From: Malacoraja senta
Taxonomy: Eukaryota
NCBI GenBank assembly: GCA_038087875.1
Contig: JAXLNO010000154.1
Location: 1 to 36,059 of the forward strand
Direction: 5' to 3'
Length of the DNA: 36,059 nucleotides
Below, piece after piece: positions 1 through 11,898 of this stretch. Under the pieces are notes generated by a model. It saw nothing but the letters and a program-made list of their open reading frames with translations. It was not told the origin of the DNA and did no database searches. Position 1 is the first letter of the stretch, and every line of letters starts with the position of its first letter. The translations under genes and the position numbers were made by a program.

Positions 1-140
1 GGGGATAATGAAATCAATGGATATGGGGAAAAAACAGGAAAGGTACTGATTTTAGATGAAGAGCCATGATCATATTGAATGGCAGTGCTGGCTCGAAGGG
101 CCGATGGCCTATTCCTGCACCTATTTTCTATGTTTCTATG
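1..140 (+). mobile_element. CR1-clade LINE 3' end fragment
   Basis: Same 3' terminus as the long CR1 copies (gatcatattgaatggc...ctcgaagggccg...cctgcacctattttctatgtttctatg), ending in TTTCTATG-type repeats. Confidence 0.8.
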
Positions 141-212
141 CTTGAGTATATGGCAATATAACTCGACCACTTGATTTTGAAGCATTCATGCATGGTGGAG
201 GTATAATGTAGT

Positions 213-440
213 CATAGAGTGATACAGTGTGAAAACAGGCCCTTCGGCGCAACTTGCCCACACCCGCCAACATGTCCCAGCTACACTACCTGCTTTTGGT
301 CCATATCCCTCCAAACCTGTCCTATCCATGTATCAGTCTAACTGTTTCTTAAATGTTGGGATGGTCCCTGCCTCTACTACCTCCTCTAGCAGCTTGTTCC
401 ATACACCCACCACCCTATGTGTGGAAAAAGTTATCCCTTA
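213..440 (-). mobile_element. CR1-type LINE 3' fragment (second subfamily)
   Basis: Reverse complement matches the +strand fragment at 21450-21692, which encodes the CR1 ORF2 C-terminus (FFTQRVVGVWNKLP). Confidence 0.7.
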
Positions 441-461
441 AAAAGTTACCTCTTAAAAATA

Positions 462-677
462 CTTCATACAAAAAACATTGAAATCATACTTCTACAATGC
501 ACTAAAACATGATTTTAATACATCAAATTTCAAAAAGTCCCTACCCTGGGAGGGGGGACACCCTACTTCCACACCCTCTCCCCATTCAGTTGCTCCACTC
601 CCTCACCGGGTACCCCCAAGGTGAGTGATCAGTGATCGCTCAGCCTCCCCACTTTCAAAAACGCTCCGCGGCCCCTG
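462..677. mobile_element. Possible end of a non-autonomous hAT-like DNA transposon
   Basis: Ends in ...gcggcccctg (a CAGGG-type terminus) and shares the motif aaaagt..c.tacc..tgggagggggga with 3780-3983. Confidence 0.35.
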
Positions 678-904
678 GTTCAGACGGAGAACACTGCCAG
701 ATGTGAGCGGGGAACTGAGGCCAGTTGTCCGTGATGTCTGGATCCCAATGCTCAGCGCTTCATGTTTCGGAGTTGGCTAATGTTATTGATTTGTAATTAG
801 CCTGATTTGTAATTAGTTGACAAAACCTTAATTTATTAATCCGGAATATCCAGGGGGATGGGATTAGTGTAATATTAAAATGACATGCAAGGTGTCAGGC
901 TGTC

Positions 905-1546
905 TGTCACAACGTACAGCCCTGCTGAAAGACTCATCCATGCCTTCATCTCCTCCCGACTGGACTACTGCAACTCTCTTCTCTTTGGCATTAATTCCAG
1001 CAACATCAACCGACTCCAACTGGTCCAGAATGCAGCCGCCCGACTCATCACCCACACCAAATCCTGGCACCACATCACCCCAGTTCTCAAAGAACTTCAC
1101 CGGCTTCCCATTTCCCACCGGATCATCTACAAAATCCTGGTCCTCACCTACAAAGCCCTCAACCACTTGGCCCCCCCTTATCTCACTGACCTCCTCTCCC
1201 CCTACCAACCCTCACGGTCCCTCAGATCCACATCAGCTGGTCTCCTCTCCACTCCGAAATCAAACCTCTGCACTTTTGAAGGCAGAGCCTTCTCCAGGGC
1301 AGCTCCCAGGCTCCGGAATTCCCTCCCACAACTGATCTGAAATTCTGAGTCCCTCACCATCTTCCAGTCCCACCTCAAGACCCATCTCTTCACCTCTGCA
1401 TACGCTTAGTCCCATGTCCCCCTCCCCTTTGCATCTCTGTCTTACTGCTCTATTTAAAAAATTTTTTTTTTACTCTCAATGTAAAGCGACTGAGATTCCT
1501 TGAAAAGCGCTATATAAATAAAATGTATTATTATTATTATTATTAT
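905..1546 (+). mobile_element. L2-clade LINE 3' portion
   Basis: Translation AERLIHAFISSRLDYCNSLL...LQLVQNAAARL...HITPVLKELH is the typical L2 ORF2 C-terminus. It is followed by an L2-type 3' end (tgtaaagcgac...gaaaagcgctatataaataaa) and a (TTA)n tail. Confidence 0.9.
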
Positions 1547-1662
1547 TTCCTTCAGTTAAATATTGGGCAGGTAGCACTATTGTCATTTGCCACTCAATTA
1601 TTATGTTTGTTTACCTCACTGACTATTTCTAACCCCCCCCCCCACCCCAATTCCTTTGACAG

Positions 1663-1735
1663 GTTGAATAGAAATGACCCCAATCTGGTTGTTTTATTAA
1701 TTGAACACGTAGATGAACATCCTCAAGGAGTGTAA
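1663..1735 (+). CDS. Candidate terminal coding exon of an unidentified host gene
   Basis: CTAAC branch-like motif, C-rich tract and ttcctttgacAG acceptor (AG at 1661-1662), then an open frame (R)LNRNDPNLVVLLIEHVDEHPQGV* and AT-rich non-repetitive sequence. The protein is not recognised. Confidence 0.3.
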
Positions 1736-2284
1736 TCAGATGGAAACTGATTCAGATGTGATATTTAAGAGCTTGTTCAAAGAAGGGGCATATTTTAAAG
1801 GAGTGACAGAGACACTTGCAGGGGAATGTGTGAGGAGATTATTGTTTGTCTTTAGTTTTACCTTGAACCAGGACATCTGAAGATTCAAAGTTTAATATAG
1901 TAATTGTGCTGATGCTGATGGCATCATAAAAGTTTTACTTTTATGATGCCATTTCAACTTCACTTGGATTTCAATCACTTCAATGTAAAAGTAATTGGGA
2001 ATGGGGAGCATTGGAACAAAAATTTGCCCTCGGTACATATTAACTGTAATGTAATAATGTATGCATGTTGGGAGGTGCAATCAAAACAAAGATCTTTTTA
2101 TCATTGTTGTGTTATGAATACCACAGAAAGTATTATGTACTCTCAAGATCACATTTAATAGAATAATATTGCTTAAATATATAGTTATTGGACTTTGCAT
2201 TTCGGAAAAGTCCCAGCTGAGAGGAAGACAGCAAAATACTGAAAATATTGGGGGTGAAAATGACTTCAGGACAGGAAAATGAAA

Positions 2285-2642
2285 GAAATAGACAATAGGT
2301 GCAGGAGTAGGCCATTCGGCCCTTCGAGCCAGCACCGCCATTCAATGTGATCATGGCTGATCATCCCCAATCAATAGCCCGTTCCTGACTTCTCCCCATA
2401 TCCCCTGACTCCGCTATTTTTAAGAGCCCTATCTAGCTCTCTCTTGAAAGCATCCAGAGAACCTGCCTCCACCGCCCTCTGAGGCAGAGAATTCCACAGA
2501 CTCACCACTCTGTGAGAAAAAGTGTTTCCTCGTCTCCGTTCTAAATGGCTTACTCCTTATTCTTAAAATGTGGCCCCTGGTTCTGGACTCCCCCAACATC
2601 GGGAACATGTTTCCTGCCTCCAGCTTGTCTAAGCCCTTAACA
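2285..2642 (-). mobile_element. CR1 LINE 3' fragment
   Basis: GLDKLEAGNMFPMLGESRTRGH...RKHFFSQ plus the CR1 3' terminus. Confidence 0.85.
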
Positions 2643-2714
2643 AATGGTAACAGAATACTTATACAGCTGAGTGAGTATAATTTTATGGATGAGAAATTAT
2701 GTTCAACCAATTGT

Positions 2715-3340
2715 AAAAATTTTACCAGTTGTAAAAAAGGCGCAACAGAGACTTTACTTCCTCAGAACACTGAGGAAGGCCCAACTGTCTGCTAAACTGC
2801 TGGAATCTTTCTACCGCTGTTCGGTAGAAAGCATACTGACTTACTGCATAACTGCCTGGTTTGGGAACTGTTCAGCAGCTGACAGAGCAGCTCTCCAGAG
2901 GGTGATAAAAACTGCCCAGGGTATCATTGGACTCCCCCTTCCCCCTCTGGAGGACATTTACCACTCCAGATGCCGCAGCAGGACCTGTAATATCGTGAAA
3001 GACATTACACATCCTTGTCATCACCTTTTCACACTGCTGCCCTCAGGAAAAAGGTACAGGTCGCTAAAGTCACGTACTGCCAGACTCAAGAACAGCTTTT
3101 ACCCATCAGCAATCTTGGAACTGAACTCTGTCTCGGGAGCGGGTTATGGGGAAGGAGGGGGGGTGGGAGACAGTGTTAATTTATGTACATGTGAATCCAT
3201 GGGTGGGTTTGGGGAGGGAGGGAGTGTAAAAAGTATGAGTATGTGAATGTTTGAAGTTCTTTTAAATGGAGAGACACAGTAATCTCGTTGTATGTGACAC
3301 ATGCAATGACAATAAAGCATTCTGATTCTGATTCTGATTG
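2715..3340 (+). mobile_element. Rex1/Babar-clade LINE 3' portion
   Basis: KKAQQRLYFLRTLRK...FYRCSVESILTYCITAWFG...LFTLLPSGKRYRS...RLKNSFYPSAI, then tgacaataaa and a (TTCTGA)n tail. Confidence 0.88.
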
Positions 3341-3779
3341 ATGACTTCTTTGACAAAGTAACTAGCATGTTAGATAACAAGGAAGCAAATGAATGTAGCA
3401 GATTTTGTTATCCATAATTTGGTCTGTGAAGTGCCCCATAAAGGATTACTGCATTAGATAAGCACCTGTGGGCGTGAACATAATAGGTTAAGTCCAGGGG
3501 GTCAGATATGGGGCTTTATGTGTGGGCCAGATATATTGTCAGTGCAAAGGGGCTAGGGGCAAGGCCAAGTGTACATCCAGAGTCAAGGTCTGGAATAGTA
3601 AAGGTGTGCAGCCAAAGCTGGGACCAGGGGAGTGTTTTGCACTGGGAACCTAAGCAGGTAAGCAGCTATGATCAGGGTAGAATAGGGGGCCAGGTGTAAG
3701 GCTGGACTCGGGGACAGGAATGAGAGAAGGTATTCAACTGGAGTCAGGGCCAGGAGTAGTACCAGGTGTGCAGTGAGAC

Positions 3780-3983
3780 CCAGGTTGGTCAGCATGGGCC
3801 AAGTGTTTGATTATAACCTGATAACCATACATGAATATACTAAGATGCACCATATGAATACAGTATGCACCATATTGCACAATTTCAAGCTGAAAAATGC
3901 AAAAGTTCCGTACCAATGGGAGGGGGGACATCCTCCACTCGCAATTTCTCACTCCCAACTCCCACCCAATGTTGGCAACCCTG
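3780..3983. mobile_element. Short non-autonomous DNA transposon (MITE-like)
   Basis: Imperfect inverted ends (caggttggtca / ttggcaaccctg) and an internal motif shared with 462-677. Confidence 0.35.
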
Positions 3984-3996
3984 GATAAGGTGGAGT

Positions 3997-4533
3997 TGTA
4001 AATACTGTTAATTATGTTGCAGAATGTTTGTTCTGTTATCTTGTGATTTGTTAAAGTGTGAAGCCTTGTTCAAATTGTTTGGGGAAATGTTTCTATACCT
4101 ATGTAAACTATGTCAACGGAGTCCCTGCTAGAACTTTCTGTTGAAACAATGTAATGGGATAATTTGTGGTTGGGTTAGGGAACTGTCAATAACTGTATAA
4201 TGTAATTGATATTTGTGATTGGTTTGTAGGGGCTGCCACCCCCATTTAGTTTCATGCCACAAGGTCCGATGACCTATAAAAGAGTGAATCCAACATGGAT
4301 CGGAGTCGATCTTCTGGAGGTTCAGTTGGGACTGTGTGACTGTCTGGAGGTGTCTGTTCGCACGAGGCTGAAGGGGCTTGAACGAGTAGAGACAAGGATC
4401 GGACCCGCGGTGGTTAGGTGTCGTATAGGAAGTTTGTGATTGTTGGGGAGAATAAAGAATAGTTGATCCAGTGCTTGACTCAGTGTTTTACTGAACTAGA
4501 CTAAGGGGGGTAAGCTGTAGGAGCAGAATTACA
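3997..4533 (+). mobile_element. Candidate solo LTR
   Basis: Inverted termini TGTAA...TTACA, TATAAAA at 4275-4281 and AATAAA at 4451-4456 in U3-R-U5 order. No matching target-site duplication found. Confidence 0.55.
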
Positions 4534-4813
4534 GTCCCATCATCTTATTCTAATTGCTGACTCCAAATACTACGTTTCTTCATCTGTTCTTGCCCCATCA
4601 GAGATATTATCCCCTTTGTTCCACCAATCCACCACAACCTCTCTCTACAAGTGAAAAACAACTTGTTTTTGTTGCTGTTTCCTACTCTGGTGAAGGGTCT
4701 CTGATCTGAAACTGAACTGTTTCTTTCTCCACAAATGCTTTCTAACCTGCTGAATGTTTTTTGAATTGTCTCCCATTTTTATTTCAGATTTTCAGCATCT
4801 GCGGTTCTTTGCT

Positions 4814-7800
4814 TTACATAGATACATAGAAATTAGGTGCAGGAGTAGGCCATTCGGCCCTTCGAGCCTGCACCGCCATTCAATACAATCATGGCTGATC
4901 ATCCCAACTCAGTATCCCGTACCTGCCTTCTCTCCATACCCCCTGATCCCTTTAGCCACAAGGGCCACATCTAATTCCCTCTTAAATATAGCCAATGAAC
5001 TGGCCTCAACTACCCTCTGTGGCAGAGAGTTCCAGAGATTCACCACTCTCTGTGTGAAAATGTTTTTCCTCATCTCGGTCTTAAAGGATTTCCCCCTTAT
5101 CCTTAAGCTGTGACCCCTTGTCCTGGACTTCCCCAACATCGGGAACAATCTTCCTGCATCTAGCCTGTCCAACCCCATAAGAATCTTGTACGTTTCTATA
5201 AGATCCCCTCTCAATCTCCTAAATTCTAGCGAGTATAAGCCAAGTCTATCCAGTCTTTCTTCATATGAAAGTCCTGACATCCCAGGAATCAGTCTGGTGA
5301 ACCTTCTCTGCACTCCCTCTATGGCTATAATGTCCTTCCTCAGATTTCGAGACCAAAACTGTACGCAATACTCCAGGTGTGGTCTCACCAAGACCCTGTA
5401 CAACTGCAGTAGAACCTCACTGCTCCTATACTCAAATCCTCTTGCTATGAAGGCCAACATACCATTCGCTTTCTTCACTGCCTGCTGCACCTGCATGCCT
5501 ACTTTCAATGAGTGGTGTACCATGACACCCAGGTCTCGCTGCATCTCCCCATTTCCTAATCGGCCACCATTTAGATAATAGTCTGCCTTCCCGTTTTTGC
5601 TACCAAAGTGGATAACCTCACATTTATCCACATTATACTGCATCTGCCAAACATTTGCCCACTCACCCAGCCTATCCAAGTCACCTTGCAGTCTCCTAGC
5701 ATCCTCCTCACAGCTAACACTGCCCCCCAGCTTAGTGTGATCCGCAAACTTGGAGATGTTGCTTTCAATTCCCTCGTCCAGATCATTAATATAAATTGTA
5801 AATAGCTGGGGTCCCAGCACTGAGCCTTGTGGTACCCCACTAGTCACTGCCTGCCATTGTGAAAAGGACCCGTTTACTCCTACTCTTTGCTTCCTGTTTG
5901 CCAGCCAGTTCTCTATCCACATCAATACTGAACCCCCAATACCGTGTGATTTAAGTTTGTATCCTAATCTCTTATGTGGTACCTTGTCGAAAGCCTTCTG
6001 AAAGTCCAGATACAACACATCCACTGGTTCTCCCCTATCCACTCTACTAGTTACATCCTCGAAAAATTCTATAAGATTCGTCAGACACGATTTACCTTTC
6101 GTAAATCCATGCTGACTTTGTCCAATGATTGCACCACTTTCCAAATGTGCTGCTATCCCATCTTTAATAACTGACTCTAGCAGTTTCCCACTACCGATGT
6201 TAGACTAACTGGTCTGTAATTCCCCGTTTTCTCTCTCCCTCCCTTCTTAAAAAGTGGGGTTACGTTTGCTACCCTCCAATCCTCAGGAACTACTCCTGAA
6301 TCTAAAGAGTTTTGAAAAATTATCACTAATGCATCCACTATTTCTGGAGCTACTTCCTTAAGTACTCTGGGATGCAGCCTATCTGGCCCTGGTGATTTAT
6401 CGGCCTTTAATCCATTCAATTTACCCATCACCACTTCCCGACTAACCTGGATTTCACTCAGTTCCTCCATCTCCTTTGACCCGCGGCCCCCTGCTATTTC
6501 CGGCAGATTATTTATGTCTTCCTTAGTGAAGACGGAACCAAAGTAGTTATTCAATTGGTCTGCCATATCCTTGTTCCCCATGATCAATTCACCTGTTTCT
6601 GACTGCAAGGGACCTACATTTGATTTAACTAATCTCTTTCTCTTCACATATCTATAAAAACTTTTGCAGTCAGTTTTTATGTTCCCTGCCAGTTTCCTTT
6701 CATAATCTATTTTCCCTTTCCTAATTAAGCCCTTTGTCCTCCTCTGCTGGTCTCTGAATTTCTCCCAGTCCTCTGGTATGCTGCTTTTTCTGGCTAATTT
6801 GTACGCATCATCTTTTGCTTTGATACTATCCCTGATTTCCCTTGTTATCCACGGATGCACTACCTTCCTTGATTTATTCTTTTGCCAAACTGGGATGAAC
6901 AATTTTTGTAGTTCATCCATGCAGTCTTTAAATGCCTTCCATTGCATATCCACCGTCAACCCTTTTAGAACTAATTGCCAGTCAATCTTGGCCAATTCAC
7001 GTCTCATACCCTCAAAGTTACCTTTCTTTAAGTTCAGAACCGTTGTTTCTGAATTAACAATGTCACTCTCCATCCTAATGAAGAACTCAACCATATTATG
7101 ATCACTCTTGCCCAAGGGGGCACGCACAACAAGTCTGCTAACTAACCCTTCCTCATTACTCAATACCCAGTCTAGAATAGCCTGCTCTCTCGTTGGTTCC
7201 TCTACATGTTGGTTTAGATAACTATCCCTCATACATTCCAAGAAATCCTCTTCCTCAGCACCCCTGCCAATTTGATTCACCCAATCTATATGTAGATTGA
7301 AGTCACCCATTATAACTGTTTTGCCTTTGTTGCACGCATTTCTAATTTCCTGTTTGATGCCATCCCCAACTTCACTACTACTGCTAGGTGGCCTGTACAC
7401 AACGCCCACCAGCGTTTTCTGCCCCTTAGTGTTTCGCAGCTCTACCCATACCGATTCCACATCCTCCAAGCTAATGTCCTTCCTTTCCACTGCGTTAATC
7501 TCCTCTCTAACCAGCAACGCCACCCCACCACCTTTTCCTTCTCTCTATCCCTCCTGAATATTGAATATCCCTGGATGTTCAGCTCCCAGCCTTGGTCACC
7601 TTGGAGCCATGTCTCCGTGATCCCAACTATATCATAATCATTAATTGCTATCTGCACGTTCAACTCATCCACCTTATTACGAATGCTCCTTGCATTGAGA
7701 CACAAAGCCTTCAGACTTGTTTTTACAACGCTCTTACCCCTTATACAATTATGTTGAAAAGTGGCTCTTTTTGATTTTTGCCCTGGATTTGTCTGCCTGC

Positions 7801-8034
7801 CACTTTTACCTTTCACCTTGCTACCTATTGCTTCCGCCCGCATTTTACACCCCTCTGTTTCTCTGCTCACCCATTTAAGAACCCCACCACCTCTTATTCT
7901 CTGTTTATTATTGTTTTCTTCTTTCCCCCCTACATGTTGGGTCTGAGTGCTTTCCTTCTCTGCCTCCTGCCTCACACACTGTCTAATAGCATTCTCTATT
8001 TGAGTCCCTCCCCCCAACCATTCTAGTTTAAAGT
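4814..8034 (-). mobile_element. Young CR1 LINE, 5'-truncated at the ORF1/ORF2 junction; complete but disrupted ORF2 (APE endonuclease + RT)
   Basis: APE motifs (CLNARS, GITETW, MGDFN, LGKSDH) and RT motifs (LDFQKAFDKVPH, GVPQGSVLGP, FADH in place of FADD). Single-base frameshifts near 7545 and 6188. The 3' terminus and short repeats are intact at about 4814-4900. Confidence 0.95.
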
Positions 8035-8162
8035 TCATTTTGATGTGACCTGTCAACAATGAATCAAAGGAGATCAGATACGTGGTGTCGTAATCTACTG
8101 GGATTCAAGAAACTAGTAAGTGTTTCAATGGGAAGGTTCTGCCTACTCGGGATGGGACTCCA

Positions 8163-8790
8163 TTTTAGTTTAGTTTAGAGATACAGCGCGGAAACAGGCC
8201 CTTCAGCCCACCGAGTCCATGCCGACCAGTGATCCCCGCACACAAACACTATCCTACACACACTAGGGACAATGTACACTTATAACAAGCCAATTTACCT
8301 ACAAACCTGTACGTTTTTTGAGTGGGGGAGGAAACAGAAGATCTCGGGGGAATCATACGCAGGTCATAAGTGATAGGAGAAGAATTAGGTCAATTTGCCC
8401 ATCAAGTTTACTCTGCCATTCAATCATGGCTGATCTCTCCCTCCTAACCTCATTCTCCTGCCTTTTCCCCATAACGCCTGACACCCGTACTATTCATGAA
8501 TCGGTCTCTGCTTTAAAAATGTCCACTGACTTGGCCTCTGTCTGTGGCAAAGAATTCCACAGATTCACCACTCTGGCTAAAGACATTTCTTCTCATTTCT
8601 TTCCTCATGGAACATCCTTTAATACTAATGCTATAACCTCTAGTCCTACACTCTCCCACTAGTGGAAACATCCTCTCCACATCCACTCTATCCAAGCCTT
8701 TGCCCAAGGTCACGGGGAGAACGTACAAACTCCGTACAGACAGCACCCGTAGTCGGGGTCGAACCAGGGTCTCTGTCGCAAGTACCGCCC
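8163..8790 (-). mobile_element. HE1-type V-SINE interrupted by a CR1 fragment (about 8368-8700)
   Basis: (TTTAG)n tail at about 8163-8178. The V-domain and B-box half (ggttcgaccc...gtctgtacggagtttgtacgttctccccgtgacc on minus) resumes at about 8705. The intervening segment encodes GLDRVDVERMFPLVGE. Confidence 0.75.
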
Positions 8791-9064
8791 TATTATATCT
8801 GCTCTGAACAGGAAGTTAGCTGAAAGCAGCACGTTAGGAAAAGTAATTTTCCTGAAAGTAATCCAACAGTATAAAAAAGTTTTGTAATAAATGGATTTTT
8901 TACAATATGCAATGCTATGTGTCACTGATAATCTTCTGGAAGGTGTCTCCTTAATGCTTGAACCAGTTTCTCATGCGTTAGTCAGCGGGATGAATAAGAG
9001 GTAGCGTAAGTGAACAGTAAAATATTTAAATGTTTAAAATATCACTGGTGTCACTTAGAAACCA

Positions 9065-9277
9065 TTTCTCATAGGTGGAAATTTCAACGACAGCAGGGTA
9101 TAACTTTAAGGTAAAAAAGAGACAAGTTTAAAGGAGATGTGCGGGGAAAGATTTTTATTCCACAGAGTGGTGGGTGCCTGGAACACACTGCCAGGGGTGG
9201 TGATGGAAGCAGATATAATAGTGGTGTTTAAGAGGCTTTTGGAAAGGTACATGGATATGCTGGGATTGGAGGGATAT
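9065..9277 (+). mobile_element. CR1-type LINE 3' fragment
   Basis: FHRVVGAWNTLPGVVMEADII..FKRLL, the CR1 ORF2 C-terminus. Confidence 0.75.
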
Positions 9278-9635
9278 CAGGGATCTCGCTTAACTTTTTT
9301 TCCCTGTTGCCAGCCGGGCAACCTTGGCAGCTTTTTAGGTTGCCAAATGACAGTTTAGGTGGTCATTTAAGATGGCTTGCATGACACGTGCGATAATGTG
9401 CTCGGACGAAGTGCGTAGTTACCAGTCGGAATTATACTCAATGAAGCATTCACATATTATTTCTGCTTCAAAAAAAGTCACAAACTAAACATATTCACCA
9501 ATCAAGACATGATATATACCACAATGACATGCGGCAAAATTACAATACAGTATCTCATCTCTTTTTACACGTTGCAATGAATGCAATTTCTATTATCTCT
9601 TTCCACTTCCAAACAAAAATATGGTTATTCAGCGT
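9278..9635. mobile_element. Left end of a non-autonomous hAT-like transposon
   Basis: Begins CAGGG with subterminal ggttgcc/ggcaacc motifs (ttgccagccgggcaacc, ttttaggttgcc) that recur at 11800-11898. Confidence 0.5.
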
Positions 9636-9639
9636 ATGA

Positions 9640-10050
9640 TCAACCTCGGTGAGACCAAGCGCAGGCTTGGCGATCGCTTCGCACAACACCTCCACTCAGT
9701 TCGCAATAACCAACCTGATCTCCCGGTGGCTCAGCACTTCAACTCCCCCTCCCATTCCGAATCCGACCTTTCTGTCCTGGGCCTCACCTCATATTTCGCT
9801 GGGGTAGTTTACACCCCAGCGGTATGAACATTGGCTTCTCCAATTTCAGGTAGTCCTTTTCTTTCTCCGTCCTTCCCCTCCCATTCCCAGCTCTCCCACA
9901 GCCTACTGTCTCCACCTCTTCCTTTCTTTTTCCCGCCCCCCACCCCTCCGACATCAGTCTGAAGAAGGGTCTCGACCCGAAACGTCGCCTATTTCCTTAG
10001 CTCCATAGATGCTGCCTCACCTGCTGAGTTTCTCCAGCATTTTTGTCTAC
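9640..10050 (+). mobile_element. Penelope-like element fragment (GIY-YIG C-terminal half plus terminal region)
   Basis: GETKRRLGDRFAQHLHSVR...PVAQHFNSPSH, followed by the ctgaagaagggtctcgacccgaaacgtc motif. Confidence 0.85.
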
Positions 10051-10280
10051 CCATTTTCACAAGTTCTGTTATCCCACTTTCCTCACCCACTCCCTGCACA
10101 TTAGGGGCAATTTTACAGAGAAAAGTTAACCTACAAAGCCAATGCGTCTTTGGGATGTGGGAGGAAACCCACACGCTTGCAGGGAGAATGTGCAAATTCA
10201 ACACAGACACAGTGCCCGAGAACAGGATTGAATACAGATCTCTGGCGTGTGAGGCAGCAAGTCCACCAGCTGTGCCACTA
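10050..10280 (-). mobile_element. Diverged V-SINE
   Basis: Reverse complement gives a tRNA-like head (tagtggcacagctgg...ttcaatcctg) and a V-domain (gtgtctgtgttgaatttgcacattctccc...ggtttcctcccaca). Confidence 0.6.
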
Positions 10281-10584
10281 TATTTTATTTTCCAACACAC
10301 AAAAAATTATACGTTGATAACTTTGGTTACTAAAAAAAAAGAAACTATCCATTTTCAGTCTTAAATCTGTATGTGACGCTATGTCCCCCTTTCCAGCTAC
10401 TGTATGTTTTAATTCAGTTCAAGGCTATTGGGGCAGTACATTGGCCATAAATTTGCTGCCTAAAATTGCCAGAGACCCGGAATTGATCCTGAATATGGGT
10501 GCTGTTTGTATGGAGTTTTGTTTTCTCGTTTATAACATTGTTTACAGAGTACTATGTTTACATATTCTGTTGTGCTGCAAGTAA

Positions 10585-10820
10585 GGATTTCACACAGAGA
10601 GTGGTGAATCTCTGGAATTCTCTGCCACAGAAGGTAGTTGAGGCCAGTTCATTGGCTATATTTAAGAGGGAGTTAGATGTGGCCCTTGTGGCTAAAGGGA
10701 TCAGGGGGTATGGAGAGAAGGCAGGTACAGGATACTGAGTTGGATGATCATATTGAATGGCGGTGCAGGATCGAAGGGCCGAATGGCCTCCTCCTGCACC
10801 TATTTTCTATGTTTCTATGT
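10585..10820 (+). mobile_element. Young CR1 3' end, nested in older repeats
   Basis: FTQRVVNLWNSLPQKVVEASSLAIFKRELDVALVAKGIRGYGEKAGTGY*, near-identical to the 3' end of 4814-8034. Confidence 0.9.
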
Positions 10821-11377
10821 TCATTGTTCTAACTGGGACGTGAGAGAATAAAACACTCTTGACTTACGTCGCTGATGTGTGGGATAGAACTAGAGTACGG
10901 GTGATCGGTGGTCGGCGTGGACTCGATGGGCCGAAGGGCCTGTTTCCACGCTGTATCTTTAAATTAAACTAAAAACACTAAAACCAGAGGAAATGTAAAG
11001 AAGGGTTTCTACCCGAAACGTCACCCAATTTTTTCTATCCAGAGATGCTGGCTGCTCCATGGAGTTCCCCCGCACAATTAAAGCATGGAATAGTTGTCAC
11101 CCTACCATAGGCACCAACCAGATGCAACTAAATTTAAGGTAGCTTTTTTGCTTAAGTCCAAGTCAAGAGTCAAGAGAGTTTTATTGTCATGTGTCCCAGA
11201 TAGGGCAATGAAATTCTTGCTTGCTGCAGCACAACAGAATATGTAAACATAATACAGAACAGGAGATAAAAGTTCAGTGTGTCTATATACTATAGACCAT
11301 ATATATACACAATAAATAAACAGATAAAATGCAATAGGCTGTTATTTATCAGAGTTTGGTGGTGGTGGGTCCACCAG

Positions 11378-11898
11378 TTTAAATTCCATTTCGAATATTT
11401 TTGGAGGACCAGGATACCAAGAAGCAAGATTTACTCCAGGGAGTTACTGCAGCTCCAGGTTTTTCAGCGGTCGCGGTGAGGCAGCGACCGGACAGCAATG
11501 GCGGCCAGAACTCCCACAATGCAAAATGAAGGGAGAAAGTGGCCGACGCCGACCAGTTGCCGTAGCAGTGCGCATATGCAGGGCCGCACATGCGCACAAC
11601 CACGGCCGAAAATGTGCTCGGCGGCCGACCGTGCCGAGTCGAGACCCGAGAGCCGTGCTGAGAGCTAGCGCCGAGCGGAGAGCCTAGCGCCGAGCGGAGA
11701 CCCGAGAGCCGAGCGGAGAGCCGAGCCGAGAGCGAGAGCCGAGAGCTAGCGCCGAGCGGAGAGCCGAGGCCCGGACACGGATGGCGGGCGGGTGTCCCGG
11801 TTGCTTGCCAAGCCGGGCAAAATGGCATGGCTTTTAGGTTGCCCGGCAGGACTGTAAGTTGCCATTGGCACCCAGGCAACCGCTAATTTCGAGCCCTG
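11378..11898. mobile_element. Right end of a hAT-like non-autonomous transposon with an internal GC-rich minisatellite
   Basis: Ends ...ggcaaccgctaatttcgagCCCTG with multiple ggttgcc/ggcaacc subterminal motifs. Short gagagccgagcg-type repeats lie at about 11640-11770. Confidence 0.5.

Noticed and set aside
5186..5578. Antisense ORF conserved in both CR1 copies (also 25331-25723)
   Set aside because: It is a shadow of the RT frame in near-identical copies, so the conservation is not independent evidence.
9278..11898. Single 2.6-kb hAT element with nested insertions
   Set aside because: The ends look related, but the 8-bp flanks differ (agggatat versus ctttatta), so I report them as separate halves.
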